A stretch of DNA of 64,000 nucleotides from Phoronis australis (taxonomy: Eukaryota > Animalia > Phoronida). This document shows, one piece after another, positions 60,040-64,000 of the stretch; the first letter of the stretch is position 1, and each line of letters starts with the position of its first letter. The stretch covers positions 855,895 to 919,894 of the forward strand of contig NMRA01000089.1 in assembly GCA_002633005.1 (NCBI GenBank). Direction: 5' to 3'. The position numbers and the translations under genes are program-made. The notes beneath the pieces are model-generated. The model ran no database searches. It was not told where the DNA came from and was given only the letters and a program-made list of their open reading frames with translations.

Positions 60040-61520
60040 TGTTTTTAACATTTACTGCAAAAACAAGTGTCTAAGTACAAAATAACAAACAGAGACAGAA
60101 ATCCCCAATGGCACACGACAAACACACACACGCTCACACATTTCACCGAAAACTCTATTTCACAAACCAAGAATTTCCAAATGTTCATTTCTCATCTGCA
60201 TCTCGTTTTAAGAATAAAAAAATCCTGACAATCATTGGAAAAATAGGTCTTCTGATCCATTTTAACAATAATTATATTTTTAGAATATGAAATAAATTTC
60301 TAATTCTTTTTTGAAAAGTGTTATAGATAGAGGTTCTACATACAGTTTTCTACAACCGTTTTGGCTAAAAGAATAAATGATAAGAATCAACAGTTCATTC
60401 GCTTTTCCATTTTTTCCAATTAAATATAACAATTTTAAAATCTATCGATATATTCATTTTTGCATTAATATACATATATCAACTATTTTTCCCCAAAAGA
60501 CTTAACAAAAATGCAATCCCACAATGAATGTTCACTCCTACAAAATGTACATCGGTCAGCTGGAGAAATACCAATTCGCATTAAAAAGTTATTAGTTGCT
60601 AAAATTCTGTACACAATTCTCATTTGAAACCAACTGAGTCCAAGATTTGAGGCACAATTCAGAAAATAGAAGTTTGAAAACACAAATTCCATTCGGTCAT
60701 TGGTTTTGCAAAACCGAAGTATTTTCCCATTTTTCAAAAACCAAAAGGAATAGAAACTTCGTGTTGCGCCACAAGGAGGCGGAACAGTATCATTTTCTCT
60801 TATTACACCTCGTTTGATGTCGAAACAAACTCAAATGTTGAAACAAGCACATCCTTCCAAAAGGATTTATTTTGGACTGGGATAACATAGTTTCCTCCAC
60901 CAAACACCTTTTCAATTTCAATTTGACCCGAGTTCCGCAAAACATCTATTCATGCCGAATTGTTTTGCCCCCCTAAAATCTTTTTAACCATGTTTACTTT
61001 AAGAGCTTTAATAAACTGAACCATGTTGAGATCACATTTTTATAATTCTGAACCATTGTCTTTCGAGGAATTCTATCTTTTTTGTTACTCTAAATAAACT
61101 TAAAAATCATTTTCTCCAGTTGTTTGATAAAGTCGTCCTTCAGTGATGGGAAACTTAAGAATACAGGTGTAAGCATTAGCAATAATAAAACTTTCACCAC
61201 ACAAATTTTTTCCAGAAGACTGAGTTATCTTCTGGACCAAGAGCGTAAGATATTCTGAATATCAATAAGTTTTGCATTTAAGTTCAAACAAACCCTTTCG
61301 TCTAGATTCACACTAAATTTAATTCTCACAGTCGAATGTTCTGTTATTGACCAATTTAAAGTTTTTGAGAAAACAGGTATCCAGGTATCATACTTCATGG
61401 TTCCAAACCACATGCACTCAGTTCTTTTCAGTATTAGGTTTAAGACCGGAATACCGTTCATGTATTTTTACACTTCTTTGAATTGTAGTCTATCATCAGA
61501 ATACGGTAGTCGTAGCGCCA
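60040..61520 (-). mobile_element. Decayed, 5'-truncated L1/Tx1-clade LINE (ORF2 3' part)
   Basis: Minus-strand fragments LNLILKRTECMWFG...LIDIQNILRSWSRR*LSLLGKICVVK (post-RT region) and WFQMRIVYRILATNNFLMRIGISPADRCTFCRSEHSLWDC (zf-RVT/CCHC); many stops and frameshifts. Confidence 0.85.
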
Positions 61521-64000
61521 GGCCTGGATTCCCAAACCCGGGATAATACCCACATTCTTCGCGTTGGTAGACCACGGTTTGTGCCGCTCACACTTCCCGA
61601 TTGCCTACAAAAGGTGACTCGAATTAATTAAAGTTCCTCCGAAAGAGGGTCTTTTTGAGTTGAAACTCAGCTGAAGGATCCATTTTGCAACAAAATTCTA
61701 TAGAAGGATACTTTCATTTTAATTGAGAATTGTTTTATTAAAATTAATACACTCTAAAGTGCGTATTTCTCATTAACTTCCAAATCACTAAATAAAATGT
61801 TTTATTGAAAGCAAGACCAACACTTCATCTTACGCATTTTCGTAGACTGAGGCAACAAAAGGGTCCCTTGTAACTGTTTTTATATTGTCTCAGTCTAAAA
61901 GGGGTTGGTATCCTAATAAATTTCCCAGCGGCACATCCTGCAAAAATTGAGTGCAGCACATTCTCCCCCGACCGAGAATTTTTTTTGTGTAAAAGTAGTC
62001 ATTCTACCTGTGTAGATGAGTTTGGAATACCCCGTGCATTTTTCACCGAAGCCCTCAACCAGACAGTTGGCGAGTAACTGCAATGGAAATATACATCACC
62101 AAAGGTTCAACATTTGAATCCCTTTTTGATTTGAATGTTCTAGTATGCTACTTTTCTCGAACATAAAAGTTTTAAAAGAATTTTATGCCTGATTTTCCCT
62201 TCAAGAAAAATACACGCTTCGTCGCTTCTGTAAACCAATGGCGTGTTTGTTTTAAAAACGTTAAGTAACCCTCACGGTCACTTCGCAAGGTTGATTTTTA
62301 GCTTTTGCCAAATTACAAGGAATGGCTAACTCGTGCTTTGATACCTGAGCATTCACAGACGTCAGTTATAGATTAATCATAATACGATTGAAAAGCAGCC
62401 TGCTGTCTTTTGTATTTCTCAGCAGCAGAATGCGGGCAACCTTTGTCAGCGGGCATGGCGATTATTGCGATTAAACACGAATAGACTCACATAATAAGAA
62501 TAATTTAACCGCAATGGAATTGTGCTACCGTATCGTTCTATTCGAACTTGTTAGGCGTAACAGACATTTATTGAATTTATATGGAAGTTTACAAACATTG
62601 TTTCGGACTAAAATAAAGCGTGTTATGTTCGGCTTGTTACCCCAGTACAGTAAGAATGTCAAAAACAATTACGAAACAAACGCTAGTTATATGTGAGAGG
62701 CAACGTCTGATGTAAACTAGAGATTAAGAAGTACATAAGTTTACTTCGTTGTTGTGGCTTGCTGAGAAATGAATTGTCGACTGCGTCGTTTACTGATGTC
62801 CGGGTGTCGACGATGGAGGAGTAGACCGACTTGTATAAGCGTTTAGAAATCAGTTGTCAAGTTAAACGGTAAGTGAAAAGCTGTTTTCGAACACGTGACG
62901 TTGGCGATTCAATATATTGGCGGTAAAAAGTACACGCACGTACCGCATTGGCACATTTGGTCCGAACTTTTGACAGGTCTGTTAATAAGTCCAAACCCGC
63001 CTCTGGTATCGCCTAAATTAGACCAGAGTTCGCCAATCACAAATTGGGGTGTCCAGCACCAGGGAGTCGATTACAGCCGACTACCGAGTAGGTCAGTCCT
63101 GACAGCATCGCTCACATTTTTCCATTGTATCGAATCTTTTCAACTTACACCGACGCAGCGGCACGCCAATGTGAAAACTATTGGAATTTCAGTGGTCACT
63201 CTATCAATCATGGAAAACAGTAACTCACTGCGGGAGAATGTCTCTGAACTCCCGCTGGTTGGCCGAATCTCCCACACGGTCGTCACCAACTTGTCGCCAG
63301 TGAGCTTCCAATTTTGCACTCTTTCAGGGCAGGTTGTCTTAAAGTTTTTATTCTTTCTGCGACTGTCAAGAAATTTTCAAGTTCCTTAACACATGTCACC
63401 TAGACTACCAATTCCTTGTCGGCGCACAAAACTCATCTCATACCAGTTCCATTCCTTTCACGCACACTAACGCGCACAACTTTTCGTGTCTCACGAACAC
63501 ATTACTTTGCAAATATTTTGAATATCGTAAAATAGAAATTGTCCGTGAATATTAACCAGGTTATAGAATTTCATTGAAAAAACACCGATACTTTATACTA
63601 TTACTAATCAAGTATGTAAAATTCAATTGTCACGTTCTAGCGTTCCATATTGACCCAGCTCAAGAGTAGAATTCTTTCCCTACTTGTAAGAACTACCTAG
63701 TGGTCACTATGTACATACTCCTCTTGGTGAATAGTTATGCAAATGATGTCAATTCAACTCAGTTGGAGATGGCCTGCATCTTACATTTGACAGTTCATTT
63801 CATGATTCATTTGGAAAAAATATTTTTAGTCTCCCCAAACTTTTGAGTAGACTAGAAGTATTTTTGTTTCAGCATTTTCCTAGACAATTCGCCAAACTAA
63901 ATAAGTCAATGTACGAGCATACATGTAGTCACATTCGTATTGGATTTGTTTATTGTTATCATGTCTAGTTCTAACGTGACAAATAAGCCCAATTCGGGCT

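Overview
AT-rich eukaryotic (metazoan invertebrate, mollusc-like by inference) genomic DNA with one 797-nt assembly gap (15861-16657). The main host gene is a + strand RIN/Sprint-family Rab5 GEF (SH2, long low-complexity Tyr/Pro-rich linker, VPS9, Ras-association). I reconstruct it by hand as 14 phase-consistent GT-AG coding exons from 18819 to 56259 (4998 nt, ~1665 aa). The most striking feature is upstream: a 4972-bp Kolobok-type DNA transposon (3441-8412; perfect 19-bp TIRs, TTAA TSD) nested inside a ~0.5-kb Harbinger-like MITE. Its THAP-DDE transposase is dead: the THAP exon is frameshifted, no catalytic core is visible, and only the last exon remains. Its convergent second gene is an intact, spliced 227-aa protein homologous to the P2X7 receptor cytoplasmic Zn-binding 'ballast' domain (KolX-like). 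The window also holds other MITEs, a tRNA-derived SINE-like head, a decayed L1/Tx1 LINE 3' fragment and small tandem duplications. All family assignments come from motif recognition; no database searches were run.
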